A DNA stretch of 41,206 nucleotides from Hydrogenothermaceae bacterium (GTDB lineage Bacteria; Aquificota; Aquificia; Aquificales; Hydrogenothermaceae), in NCBI GenBank assembly GCA_026985705.1, contig JALSPY010000115.1:1-41206 (forward strand). Reading direction: 5' to 3'. The notes below the pieces were generated by a model. It ran no database searches. It was given only the letters and a program-made list of their open reading frames with translations, and had not been told where the DNA came from. Of this stretch, positions 28,970-38,022 are shown in pieces; position 1 is the stretch's first letter; the number at the start of each line of letters is the position of its first letter. Made by a program: the position numbers and the translations under genes.

Positions 28970-30217
28970 TTAACATATTACCTTTCCTTTACCAGACCTT
29001 TTAGCTTCATACAACTTTCTATCCGCATTTTCTATCATCTCAAATGTGTTGTCATTACTATCAATATCTTCAACACCACCACTAAACGATACTCTTACAA
29101 TATTATTTAAGCAAGTAATAGATTTTGATCTTACCTTTTTAAGGATTTGATTCAAGAGTTTACAAGCTCTATCCTTTTTTATAAAAGGAAACAGAATCAA
29201 AAACTCTTCACCACCATATCTAAATATAAAATCACTTTCCCTTAAAGATTTTTTTAATTCTTCGCTTAATCTTTTTAAAACACAATCCCCAACTATATGA
29301 CCATATGTATCGTTTATTTTTTTGAAATCATCAATATCAATAATCCCTATTGAAAGAGGTTTATTTGAGATTTTAGCTATCTGAAACTGGGATGGAAGTA
29401 TAATATCTAAAGCTCTCCTATTAAAAACACCAGTTAAAGGGTCAATTTTTGTTTCTTCGGAGTATTTTACAGCTATATTTACTGAAGCTAAAGATATAAA
29501 CTTACTAATCAACTTTATATACTCCATATAGGCTAATGTTAAAATTATAAACTTCCTATGTGATATTGCTGTGTAAATAATAAAAGCTGTATTGACAAGT
29601 CTATTATGAACATCTTTTAATGCTGATAAGTCTTCATTTTTAAAAAACTTTGAAAATTTTTTATTGTTCATATTAAGTAAAGGAACGAAATCTTTGTAAA
29701 ATGTTTGAGAAACCCTTAACTTCTTTATATCTTCACTTACCTTGTTTGCCCAAATTAAATACTCTCTCAATAAATCCTTTAGCTCTATGCTTTTGCCTTT
29801 GACGGTTTTTAGCTCTTTACGGATTAAAACTTTATCAGAATTTACCATAGATATTAAATAACCGTATGCAATCTGGTTTTTTACAAACTCAAAGTAATTC
29901 CAAATAAAATCAAGTAGTTCTATAGAACAAAAATTTAAAGCTGATAAGACTCTCTCTTCTATAGAATCTATAGCATCTATTAATGTATAAAAATGAACAT
30001 AATTGTTGTAACATTCCCTACCTAATTTATAAAAAGTTCTTTTTTTAGATTGATTATCCATTAAAATTCCATTTTTAATAACATCAGAAAATTTATCTAT
30101 ATCAAAATCTTCAGGTAAAAATCCATTTCTTTTTATGTCTAAAAGTGTTTCCTCAGTAGATACTTTTATTATACTCTTGAAGTTTACATTATCCATTTCT
30201 TTTATTATGTTCTCCAT
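28970..30217 (-). CDS. diguanylate cyclase (GGDEF) with ~250-aa uncharacterised helical N-terminal domain
   Basis: 415 aa. The C-terminal domain carries DIDDFKKINDTYGH, the I-site RESD, and the active site RYGGEEF. Confidence 0.88.
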   Translation of the reverse strand: MENIIKEMDNVNFKSIIKVSTEETLLDIKRNGFLPEDFDIDKFSDVIKNGILMDNQSKKRTFYKLGRECYNNYVHFYTLIDAIDSIEERVLSALNFCSIELLDFIWNYFEFVKNQIAYGYLISMVNSDKVLIRKELKTVKGKSIELKDLLREYLIWANKVSEDIKKLRVSQTFYKDFVPLLNMNNKKFSKFFKNEDLSALKDVHNRLVNTAFIIYTAISHRKFIILTLAYMEYIKLISKFISLASVNIAVKYSEETKIDPLTGVFNRRALDIILPSQFQIAKISNKPLSIGIIDIDDFKKINDTYGHIVGDCVLKRLSEELKKSLRESDFIFRYGGEEFLILFPFIKKDRACKLLNQILKKVRSKSITCLNNIVRVSFSGGVEDIDSNDNTFEMIENADRKLYEAKRSGKGKVIC

Positions 30218-30503
30218 TTTATAATCATTTAGTATAAAATCTTAATAATAGTAGAAATTATGTTATTAAGACTTTATAGCAAGTTTAATTTAAAATGAAT
30301 TAAAGATAAAGTGTTAATATTTTTATTTATAAATCTCTGATATAGACATTAAATAGATATAGGTAAATTTAATACTTTATGCAGAATTTTTTATACTCCA
30401 GATGCAATTTTATCTTTTCATACGATAGTTTAATAATAAATAATTTTTGATGATAATTAGTATTATAATCTATAGTTGAAAATAATAAAAATGTTAGGAA
30501 GTT

Positions 30504-31295
30504 ATGAAAAAAATTTTTTTATTTACTATATTTCCACAGTTCTTTGATTGTTTTAAAAACACAGGTATAGTCTCTAGAGCTATAAAAAGAGGAATTGTTA
30601 GCATAGAAACCATAAATATAAGGGATTTTGCTACAGATAAACATAAAACTGTAGATGATGTAGTGTATGGTGGTGGTCCCGGAATGCTTTTAAAACCAGA
30701 ACCTATATTCAGAGCTTACGATTACTTAGTTAGTAAGGGACATAAACCTTATATCTTGATTACAGAGCCTTGGGGAAGGAAGTTTGACCAAGATTTTGCA
30801 AGAGAGCTATCTGAAAAAGATGAAATACTTATTATATGCGGTAGATATGAAGGTATTGATGAGAGAGTTAAGAAAATTGTAAATGAAGAAGTTTCAATTG
30901 GAGATTTTATATTATCCGGTGGAGAACCTGCCGCTTTGGTTATACTTGATGCAGTAATAAGATTAATACCGGGGGTAGTTGGAGATAGAGAAAGTTTAAA
31001 GGTTGATAGTTTTTCGGATGGGCTTTTAGGTTATCCAAATTACACTAGACCAGCTAATTTTAGAGGTTTAGAAGTCCCTTCTATTTTAACCTCAGGAAAT
31101 CATAAACTTATAGAAAGTTGGAGAAGATGGGAAAGTCTAAAAAGGACTTATTACAAAAGAAAAGATTTATTAGAAAAAGTAAATCTATCTGAGGATGATT
31201 TAATGATGTTAAAGGCTATAAAAAAAAATATTAGTTTTGAGGAATTTTTAGAGTTAAAAAAGAAGTGGAAAAAAAATAAAAAGGAAAAAAAATAA
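30504..31295 (+). CDS. trmD: tRNA (guanine37-N1)-methyltransferase
   Basis: 263 aa with YGGGPGM, CGRYEGIDERV and SIGDFILSGGE motifs. Lys-rich C-terminal tail. Confidence 0.95.
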   Translation: MKKIFLFTIFPQFFDCFKNTGIVSRAIKRGIVSIETINIRDFATDKHKTVDDVVYGGGPGMLLKPEPIFRAYDYLVSKGHKPYILITEPWGRKFDQDFARELSEKDEILIICGRYEGIDERVKKIVNEEVSIGDFILSGGEPAALVILDAVIRLIPGVVGDRESLKVDSFSDGLLGYPNYTRPANFRGLEVPSILTSGNHKLIESWRRWESLKRTYYKRKDLLEKVNLSEDDLMMLKAIKKNISFEEFLELKKKWKKNKKEKK

Positions 31296-31302
31296 TTTTT
31301 TA

Positions 31303-31629
31303 TTAGAACATTCCCGGTGGTTTTCCTTTTGAAGTGATTAATCTTTCTACAGGTTCGCCACCTAAAATATGTTTTTCTATTATTTCTGGAACATCTTCAG
31401 GTTTTACATTTCCGTACCAAACTGCATCAGGATAAACAACTACAGTTGGTCCAAACATACATGGTCCCATACATCCTGTTGGTGTTAAAGCCATCTTATC
31501 AAATAAGTTTTTCATCATTAATTCTTCTTGAAACTTTTGAAATACCTGCTCTGAGCCGTTAGCTCCACATGAAGGCATTCCCGGTGGTTTTCTCTGTAAG
31601 CATACAAATACATGTTTAAAATCAGCCAT
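31303..31629 (-). CDS. thioredoxin-like [2Fe-2S] ferredoxin
   Basis: 108 aa from ATG 31629 (GGAGG 6 nt upstream; the track's earlier start is a TTG inside the RBS). The four-Cys pattern VFVC...PSCG...TGCMGPC is typical of this family. Confidence 0.85.
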   Translation of the reverse strand: MADFKHVFVCLQRKPPGMPSCGANGSEQVFQKFQEELMMKNLFDKMALTPTGCMGPCMFGPTVVVYPDAVWYGNVKPEDVPEIIEKHILGGEPVERLITSKGKPPGMF

Positions 31630-31842
31630 TCTTACCTCCAAAAACTGTTTTAAATTTTAAATAGTTAAATCTAATCTTTCTAAATAAAAAATGATTTAAG
31701 TTATAAAGAATTTTGTTATACACAAGTATTAAAAAAGGAGTTAACTTTATAATTAGGAAGGGTTGAAAAATATTAAAAATTTAATATCATTCTTAATATA
31801 AAATATATATATATGATTATCAAATTTGAGAGGTGATAAGCT

Positions 31843-32496
31843 ATGATAAAAGTAAGAGTTAGAAATATAGGAGCTGACAGCTTTACAGGTTCTCCAATAC
31901 TTTTATTGGAAAATATAGAAAACAAAAATCAAATTTTCCCAATATGGATAGGTATACCTGAAGCTGAAGGTATAATTATGCATCAAGCTGGTATAAAAAC
32001 TCCCAGACCTATGACTTATGATTTAATTAAATCAATAATTCAGTCTTTAGGAGCAAGTGTTAAGTATGTAGCTGTAATTGATAAGCAAAATAACATATAT
32101 ATAGCTGAAATAGTTTTAGAGGATAAAGATGGAAATGAAATAAAAGTTGATGCAAGACCAAGTGATGCTATTAATATAGCTTTAAGATTTAATGTTCCAA
32201 TATATCTAGATGAAAATGTTGTCCAAAGTATAAATATCAAGGACATTCAAAAAATAGAAGATGTTAAAAATAATGAAGTTAAAGATACTCAGAAAGTATT
32301 AGATATAGAAGATGAGGAAATAAAGGACGTAAAGGATTTAGAAGAAACTGTTAATAAATTAGAAGCTCAGGTTAAAAGTGTAAATACTAAAAATGATGAT
32401 ATTGATGAAGAGTTGAAAGCATTTAGAGAGTTTCTAGAGAGTGTGAAACCTGAAGACTTTGATATAACTAAAAAAAAGAATAAAAATAATAAATAA
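31843..32496 (+). CDS. bifunctional nuclease (BFN/DUF151) family protein with acidic coiled C-terminal extension
   Basis: 217 aa with PIWIGIPEAEGI...PRPMTYDL...VDARPSDAINIALRFNVPIY. Confidence 0.8.
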   Translation: MIKVRVRNIGADSFTGSPILLLENIENKNQIFPIWIGIPEAEGIIMHQAGIKTPRPMTYDLIKSIIQSLGASVKYVAVIDKQNNIYIAEIVLEDKDGNEIKVDARPSDAINIALRFNVPIYLDENVVQSINIKDIQKIEDVKNNEVKDTQKVLDIEDEEIKDVKDLEETVNKLEAQVKSVNTKNDDIDEELKAFREFLESVKPEDFDITKKKNKNNK

Positions 32497-32510
32497 AATT
32501 TCCTACTTTT

Positions 32511-32945
32511 TTACTTGCAACCTTTTTTATACCCTAACTTACAAGCTTTTTGATATAACTTTTTAGCTTTATTTGGGTCTTTAGAAATACCATATCCATG
32601 CTCATACATATAACCTAACTCATAACAAGCTTGTCCATCACCACTACCACAGAGTTTCTCTTCTCCTGAAGCAGCCTTTTTGTAATAGCTTAGTGCCTTA
32701 TTCATATCTTTTGGAGCTCCGTCTCCATGCTCATAAAGGTATCCTAATCCAAAACAACCTTTACCGTAATTAAACTTTTCACATGATTTTACACCATACT
32801 GATAAGCCTCTTTTTTCTTTCCAGCATTGTATAACTCAAATCCTTTCTTAAAGCATTCCTCCCCTGAATTACAAGCTAAAGTTAAATTGAATAAAGCTCC
32901 AGAAATTACAACAGATGTTATTATCTTTCCTATTTTCTGTTTCAT
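32511..32945 (-). CDS. Sel1-repeat, cysteine-rich lipoprotein (Hcp-like)
   Basis: 144 aa with lipobox LTLAC, then Sel1-like repeats bracketed by Cys pairs (CFGLGYLYEHGDGAPKDMNKALSYYKKA; CYELGYMYEHGYGISKDPNKAKKLYQKAC). Confidence 0.8.
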   Translation of the reverse strand: MKQKIGKIITSVVISGALFNLTLACNSGEECFKKGFELYNAGKKKEAYQYGVKSCEKFNYGKGCFGLGYLYEHGDGAPKDMNKALSYYKKAASGEEKLCGSGDGQACYELGYMYEHGYGISKDPNKAKKLYQKACKLGYKKGCK

Positions 32946-33062
32946 TTTCTCTTTCCTCTAGCTTCTAACCGTAATTAATGCCAATAATTATAAGAAATAT
33001 TTTTCAAAAAGAAAATTTATATTAAATTTTGTTATTGTGTATTCACTATGATAATTTCCTAT

Positions 33063-33491
33063 TTAATCTTCGTCATCATCATCTATATTTTCTTCATCTA
33101 ATTCCTCTAGATAGGTTTTATAGTCTTCTGCAGTTAACAAATCTTCTATTTCAGATGGGTCCTTTAATTCTAATTCATAAAGCCAACCTGAAGTATATGG
33201 TTCAGAATTTATTAAATCTGGTTCATCATTGAGTTCTTCATTTATATCAGTTATCTTCCCTGTTAGTGGAGAAAATATTTCAACTGTAGCTTTTAAACTT
33301 TCTACAGATATAACTTTATCTCCTGCATCTACAAAATCTCCTTTCTGTGGTAATTCTACATAAACTATTGTTCCTAGTTGGTCTTGTCCATAGTCTGTTA
33401 TGCCTACTACTGCCAAATTTTCTTCAACTTTAACCCATGTATGCTCTTTTGTATAGTATAAATCTTCAGGAATTAAATAATCTTTTTTCAT
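33063..33491 (-). CDS. gcvH: glycine cleavage system H-type lipoyl carrier protein
   Basis: 142 aa with YTKEHTWVK and lipoyl-Lys context VESLKATVEIFSP. Poly-acidic C-terminal tail (EELDEENIDDDDED). GGAGG RBS. Confidence 0.9.
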   Translation of the reverse strand: MKKDYLIPEDLYYTKEHTWVKVEENLAVVGITDYGQDQLGTIVYVELPQKGDFVDAGDKVISVESLKATVEIFSPLTGKITDINEELNDEPDLINSEPYTSGWLYELELKDPSEIEDLLTAEDYKTYLEELDEENIDDDDED

Positions 33492-33527
33492 TCTTATCCT
33501 CCGGATAAAAATAAAATTTTAATAATT

Positions 33528-36500
33528 TTATACTTTTATTTCTGATGTATCACCTAAAAGTTCACTGACCTCTAAAGTGTAGATTTGGGATATACCTTCC
33601 CTTGAAGAAACACCGATTAATCTGTCCGAAAAATGTGCTAAAGTATCCCTCAACGTTACAACTATAAACTGTGCCTCTTTTGAAAACTTTTTCATAAGTT
33701 GTCCTATTTTCCTAGCATTTGCATCGTCTAGATGGGCATCTACTTCATCAAAATAATAGAAAGGTGCAGGTTTATACTGCTGAACTGCAAATAAAAAGGC
33801 TAAAGCCGTTAGTGTTTTCTCTCCTCCAGACATTATCTCTAATCTTTTAACATCCTTTCCTCTAGGTCTTGCTTTCAAGAATACTCCTCCATCTAAAGGA
33901 GTTTTTTCATTTTCTAGCTCTAAATAAGCTTTCCCTGAAGGTGATAACTCCTTAAAAATAGCTTTTAAATTTTTATTTACTTTGTTAAAAACCTCTAAAA
34001 ATGCCTTTTCTTTTTTATCTTCAAGCTCATTAATTAGCTCTTCTATTCTATTCTTTTCTTCTTCTAATTTTTGAACTTTACTCTTTAACTCCTCATACCT
34101 ATTTTTTATTACCTTATAGTCTTCTAAGGCTCTCTCATTTATTGCCCCTAACTTTTCCCTTTCAGAAATATATCTATTTAACTCGTTCTGTATTAATTTT
34201 ATATCCTCATCTATTGGTTCTATGTTTTGCTCCCTTTGTAGTATGTAAATTTCATTTTCTATATCCTCTACCTTTTGCTCAAGTTTTCCTTTATCTTCCA
34301 GAAGGAATGTTATCTGTTTATTTATTTCATCTTCCCTTTTTCTTAAATCGGATAGATGTTTTCTCAACTTACTTATGTTTATATGAGTATTTTTACTTTC
34401 CACTTCTTTTTCCTTAAATTTTTCTCCTAACTTTAAAAGCTCCTCCTGTAAAGTGTGAATATTTTTTTCAATTTCTTCAATCTGATTTTCTATATTTTTA
34501 ATATTGGAAACTAATTCTTCCAGTTTTAGATTTATCTTCTTTATGTTTTCATCTAAATTTACCTTTAAAATTTCTTCATATTTCTCTATCTGAGAAATTA
34601 AACTGTTCTTTTGTTCTCTTATTCTGTAAACCTTATTTAATATATCTTCCCATTCTTTTTTTATCTTTTTTAAACCTTTTTTTTCTAAACTTTCCAATAA
34701 CTCTCTCTTATCTTTTTCAATTTTAGATAAACCTTCTTTTATATCTTTTAGCTCTCTATTTAAGCTTTCTAATCTTTCCTCTTCAGTTAATCTTTTTTGT
34801 AATATATTACCTAACTCTCTATCTAAAAACTCAATTCTATTTTCTATAAAATTTATTTCTTCCTTAAGCTCATTGTATCTTTCTAACGAACTTTTTATTT
34901 CCGTTTCAAGTTTTAACAGTTCTATTTCCCTTTGCTTTACCCTTTCATCTATCTGTTTTAGCTCTTCCTCTATTGTTTCTTCCTCTAATTTTAATTTTTC
35001 TTCTTCTTTTTCTATATCTGATTTCTCTTTTTCTAAAATATTTTTGTTAAGTAAAGCCCCTTCTTTATTCTTTTCAGAACCACCTGTTATAACTCCACTT
35101 TTTTCGAATAAATCTCCATCAACAGTTGTCATTCTAAATATTCCTATACCTACATTTCTAGCAGTTTCAAAGTCTTCAACAATTAAAGTATCTCCAAAGA
35201 CATAAAAAATAGCTTTCTCTATTTCCCTGGGATAATCTATAAAATCAATAGCTAGACCTAAAACTCCACTTTTCAAAGGTGGTTTTATTGGTTGGGATAC
35301 TCTTACTCTATTTAAAGGGATAAAACTTGCTTTACCTAATTTTTTTTCTTTTAAAAACCTTATACATCTTTCTGCAACTCTATCATCCTTAACAACTATA
35401 TTCTTTAATCTTCCTCCACCAGCAACTTCTATAGCTTTAATCAGCTCATTGTCCTTAACTGTAATTAATTCAGCTACAGAACCGTATACTCCTTCAATAT
35501 CCTTTAAAAAGGAAGATATTTTGTCTTCTTTTAAGCTGGAAAGTTTAGCTAAAACTTCAGCTAACTTATGGAATAATTTTTCTTTCTTTTCTCTTAAAGA
35601 GATTAATCTTTTATCTAAAATTTCTTTTCTTACCTTTAATCTCTTTAATTCATTGTTTAAACTTTTTATTCTTTTTTCTTGAATTTCGGCAAAATTTTCA
35701 ATATTCAGTGAAGACTGTTTTAATTTTTTCAATTTCTCTTTAAGAGAGACTAATTCCTTTTTATAACTTTTCTCTTTTTCATCAAGTTTAGATAATTCAA
35801 GCTCTATATGAATTTTTTCTCTTTCTTTTAAACTTTCTTTTTCTTTAAGAGATTTTTCTTTTTTCTCTAATTCAATAAGTTTCTGTTGTAAATCTTCTCC
35901 ATCTTCTTCATAACTTTTTATTTCCTCTGATTTCTCGTTTAATAGTTTTTCATTTTCTTTCAATAACTCATCAATTCTTTTAAGTTCTTCATTTAAATTT
36001 TTTAATTTTTCCTTTAATTCCTGTTTTTCCTTTTCTATACTATCCTTTTCTTTTATATACCTTTCCATTTCAGAAATTAATTTTTCCTTTTGCTTTAATA
36101 AATCTTCTTTCTTTATTTTTAAATTATTTATATCTGCGTTTATATAACCTTCCTTCTCTTTAAAAGGTAAAAGCTCCTTTTGAATTTCCTCCAATAAACT
36201 TTCCAACTGTTTAATTTTTTCTATAGTTTCTCTTTGTGAAATCCTTAGATGTTCCCTTTCTTTAAAGTAGGCACTAAGTTTATTTTCAATGTTTTTTAGC
36301 TCCTTTATATATTCCTCTTTATCTCTTATTAGATTAAACAGTTTTACACCCTTTAGCTTTGTCTGTAGAAATTTTATTTTTTCTTCTAAATATTTTGCTT
36401 TTTCTGCACTTTCTTTTTCTTCCTCAATTCTCTTTAACTGAGCTTTTATCTCTTTTAAAACCAACTTTGAAGAATTTAATTTTTCTTCTATCTCTTTAAG

Positions 36501-37043
36501 GTCATTTATAGCACTCTCTTTCTTTTCTTCATACTCATTTATACCAGCAAGCTCACTTAAAAGCTCCCTTCTTTCATAAGGTGTCATTTTAATAAATCTA
36601 AATATATCCCCCTGAGTTATTATGTTATAAGCTTGTCTAGGTATCCCTGCTTCAGATAGTAATTCCTCCACTTCATAATACTTGGCTGTTCGTCCATTTA
36701 TTTTATAAGTAGATTTACCATTTAAATCTACCCTTCTGTAAATTGATACCTCCTCTGTATTTAAAGGAAATGCTCCATTATTTTTAAACACAATTTCAAC
36801 TTCTGCATATGGAGCAGTTTTTCCTTTTGAAGAAAAAATCAGGTCAGTTAATTTCAAAGCTCTCATAGATTTTGCAGTGGCTAAACCTAATGCAAAAACT
36901 ATTGCATCTCCTATATTACTTTTTCCAGAGCCATTAGGTCCTACTATTCCTATAAAACCTTCACCTAAAGGAATTGTTAGTTTTCTAGAACCGTAAGATT
37001 TAAAACCAAAAACATTAATTCTGTCTATATATGCCTTTGACAT
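33528..37043 (-). CDS. smc: chromosome segregation protein SMC
   Basis: About 1171 aa with Walker A GPNGSGKSN, long coiled coils, a hinge (GVYGSVAELI...GGGRLKNIVV), signature SGGEKTLTALAF and Walker B FYYFDEVDAHLD. Start taken at ATG 37043; the track start at 37052 is a TTG. No clear RBS for either. Confidence 0.95.
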   Translation of the reverse strand: MSKAYIDRINVFGFKSYGSRKLTIPLGEGFIGIVGPNGSGKSNIGDAIVFALGLATAKSMRALKLTDLIFSSKGKTAPYAEVEIVFKNNGAFPLNTEEVSIYRRVDLNGKSTYKINGRTAKYYEVEELLSEAGIPRQAYNIITQGDIFRFIKMTPYERRELLSELAGINEYEEKKESAINDLKEIEEKLNSSKLVLKEIKAQLKRIEEEKESAEKAKYLEEKIKFLQTKLKGVKLFNLIRDKEEYIKELKNIENKLSAYFKEREHLRISQRETIEKIKQLESLLEEIQKELLPFKEKEGYINADINNLKIKKEDLLKQKEKLISEMERYIKEKDSIEKEKQELKEKLKNLNEELKRIDELLKENEKLLNEKSEEIKSYEEDGEDLQQKLIELEKKEKSLKEKESLKEREKIHIELELSKLDEKEKSYKKELVSLKEKLKKLKQSSLNIENFAEIQEKRIKSLNNELKRLKVRKEILDKRLISLREKKEKLFHKLAEVLAKLSSLKEDKISSFLKDIEGVYGSVAELITVKDNELIKAIEVAGGGRLKNIVVKDDRVAERCIRFLKEKKLGKASFIPLNRVRVSQPIKPPLKSGVLGLAIDFIDYPREIEKAIFYVFGDTLIVEDFETARNVGIGIFRMTTVDGDLFEKSGVITGGSEKNKEGALLNKNILEKEKSDIEKEEEKLKLEEETIEEELKQIDERVKQREIELLKLETEIKSSLERYNELKEEINFIENRIEFLDRELGNILQKRLTEEERLESLNRELKDIKEGLSKIEKDKRELLESLEKKGLKKIKKEWEDILNKVYRIREQKNSLISQIEKYEEILKVNLDENIKKINLKLEELVSNIKNIENQIEEIEKNIHTLQEELLKLGEKFKEKEVESKNTHINISKLRKHLSDLRKREDEINKQITFLLEDKGKLEQKVEDIENEIYILQREQNIEPIDEDIKLIQNELNRYISEREKLGAINERALEDYKVIKNRYEELKSKVQKLEEEKNRIEELINELEDKKEKAFLEVFNKVNKNLKAIFKELSPSGKAYLELENEKTPLDGGVFLKARPRGKDVKRLEIMSGGEKTLTALAFLFAVQQYKPAPFYYFDEVDAHLDDANARKIGQLMKKFSKEAQFIVVTLRDTLAHFSDRLIGVSSREGISQIYTLEVSELLGDTSEIKV

Positions 37044-37080
37044 TTTTTTCAATAAAAATTTTGGAGATTGTGATGGTTAA

Positions 37081-37100
37081 GGGGGAGAAAATAATCCCCC
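37081..37100 (-). terminator. hairpin downstream of the lpp-like gene
   Basis: GGGGGA-N8-TCCCCC forms a 6-bp G/C stem, the only GC-rich element between the lpp-like stop and the smc start. Only UU follows it on the minus strand. Confidence 0.4.
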
Positions 37101-37120
37101 TCTCAAAACTAGATGAACAA

Positions 37121-37474
37121 TTATTTTCTATATTTTTTCTCTAAGAGCTCGTTAACATTGTTAGAGAGAGTATCTATCTTTTGGCTTAACTCATCAACTT
37201 TAGCGTTAACTGTATCAATTTTTTGAGAGTTTTCATCTACTTTTCCTTTTAAAGTAGATAATTCTGATTTAACCTCCTGAATTTGATTTCTAGCTTCTTG
37301 GTCCGCAGCTGATTTGTTAGCCATGTTAGATAATTTTTCTATTTTCCCATCAATTGCGTTTATTTTTTGCTCCATTTCAGCTTTTAAGTTTTCTAAATCA
37401 CCTTTCGTTGCACAAGAGGCAAACAGAACTGCAGATAAACCTAAAACAGACCCTACTTTTAGTACTTTTTTCAT
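37121..37474 (-). CDS. small coiled-coil lipoprotein (Lpp-like)
   Basis: 117 aa with lipobox LFASC, then heptad repeats (QKIDTVNAKVDELSQKIDTLSNNVNELL). GGAGG RBS. Confidence 0.8.
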   Translation of the reverse strand: MKKVLKVGSVLGLSAVLFASCATKGDLENLKAEMEQKINAIDGKIEKLSNMANKSAADQEARNQIQEVKSELSTLKGKVDENSQKIDTVNAKVDELSQKIDTLSNNVNELLEKKYRK

Positions 37475-37517
37475 GATTTAAAACCTCCAAAAATTTAAAT
37501 TTTAATTACTAAATTTT

Positions 37518-37546
37518 ATCATATGTTTTTTTTTATTTTTTATCAA
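37518..37546 (-). promoter_or_regulatory. putative promoter of the lpp-like gene
   Basis: On the minus strand: TTGATA (37546-37541), a 17-nt spacer, then TATGAT (37523-37518), about 45 nt upstream of the ATG. Confidence 0.45.
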
Positions 37547-37947
37547 GTGTATCAGTTGGTATTTAGTAAATAAGTAAATAACAAATTCCATCTAGCATAG
37601 ACTATAGCTAGTATAGATTTATATCAATACCAAAATGGAAAATTATTTAAAGACCTCCTTTATTTAATGATAAAAACATAGACCTTTAATACAAAGATAA
37701 AAATTAATTGATATTCTAAAAAGTTAATAACAATACTGAAATAAAATAATCCTTATACTAAATATTTTTCTTATAAAGAATTCTAAAAACTGTAGATATA
37801 AGCTCATCCTTAAACTTGCTAATTTATCTCTTAATAATGAATGTAATCTATCTTTTCCGTTTCTCTTTCAAAATTCCTTTACATTTTGATTTATTGAAAT
37901 AATTTCCTTCTTTTCTTCCTTTGTTAACCAAATTTTATAGATAAATA

Positions 37948-37989
37948 AGCAGCTAAAACCCTGTTTTTTAAAACTGGGATACAGCCGCT
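37948..37989 (-). terminator. compound hairpin, possible minus-strand terminator
   Basis: Minus strand: AGCGGCU-GUAU-CCCAGUUUU..AAAACAGGG-UUUU-AGCUGCU, followed by UAUUUAU. The outer 7-bp stem is fully paired only on the minus strand (G.U there, A.C on plus). Confidence 0.3.
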
Positions 37990-38016
37990 TGACATTTTTA
38001 AAATTCTTTTTAAAAT
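37989..38016 (+). promoter_or_regulatory. near-consensus sigma70-type promoter facing the GC-rich element
   Basis: TTGACA (37989-37994), a 16-nt spacer, then TAAAAT (38011-38016). Predicted start is near 38023. Confidence 0.45.
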
Positions 38017-38022
38017 AATTTT

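Noticed and set aside
31803-31814. (AT)6 microsatellite upstream of the BFN nuclease gene as a phase-variation tract
   Set aside because: It is very short and common in AT-rich intergenic DNA, and there is no evidence it sets promoter spacing.
34142-35682. Three plus-strand ORFs (91, 110 and 77 aa) inside smc
   Set aside because: They are antisense shadows of the Lys/Glu-rich coiled-coil coding region, with Ser/Phe/Leu-rich translations and no RBS.
37654-37660. Perfect AAGGAGG on the minus strand in the empty spacer as the RBS of a small gene
   Set aside because: No AUG, GUG or UUG lies within about 20 nt downstream, and no ORF follows.
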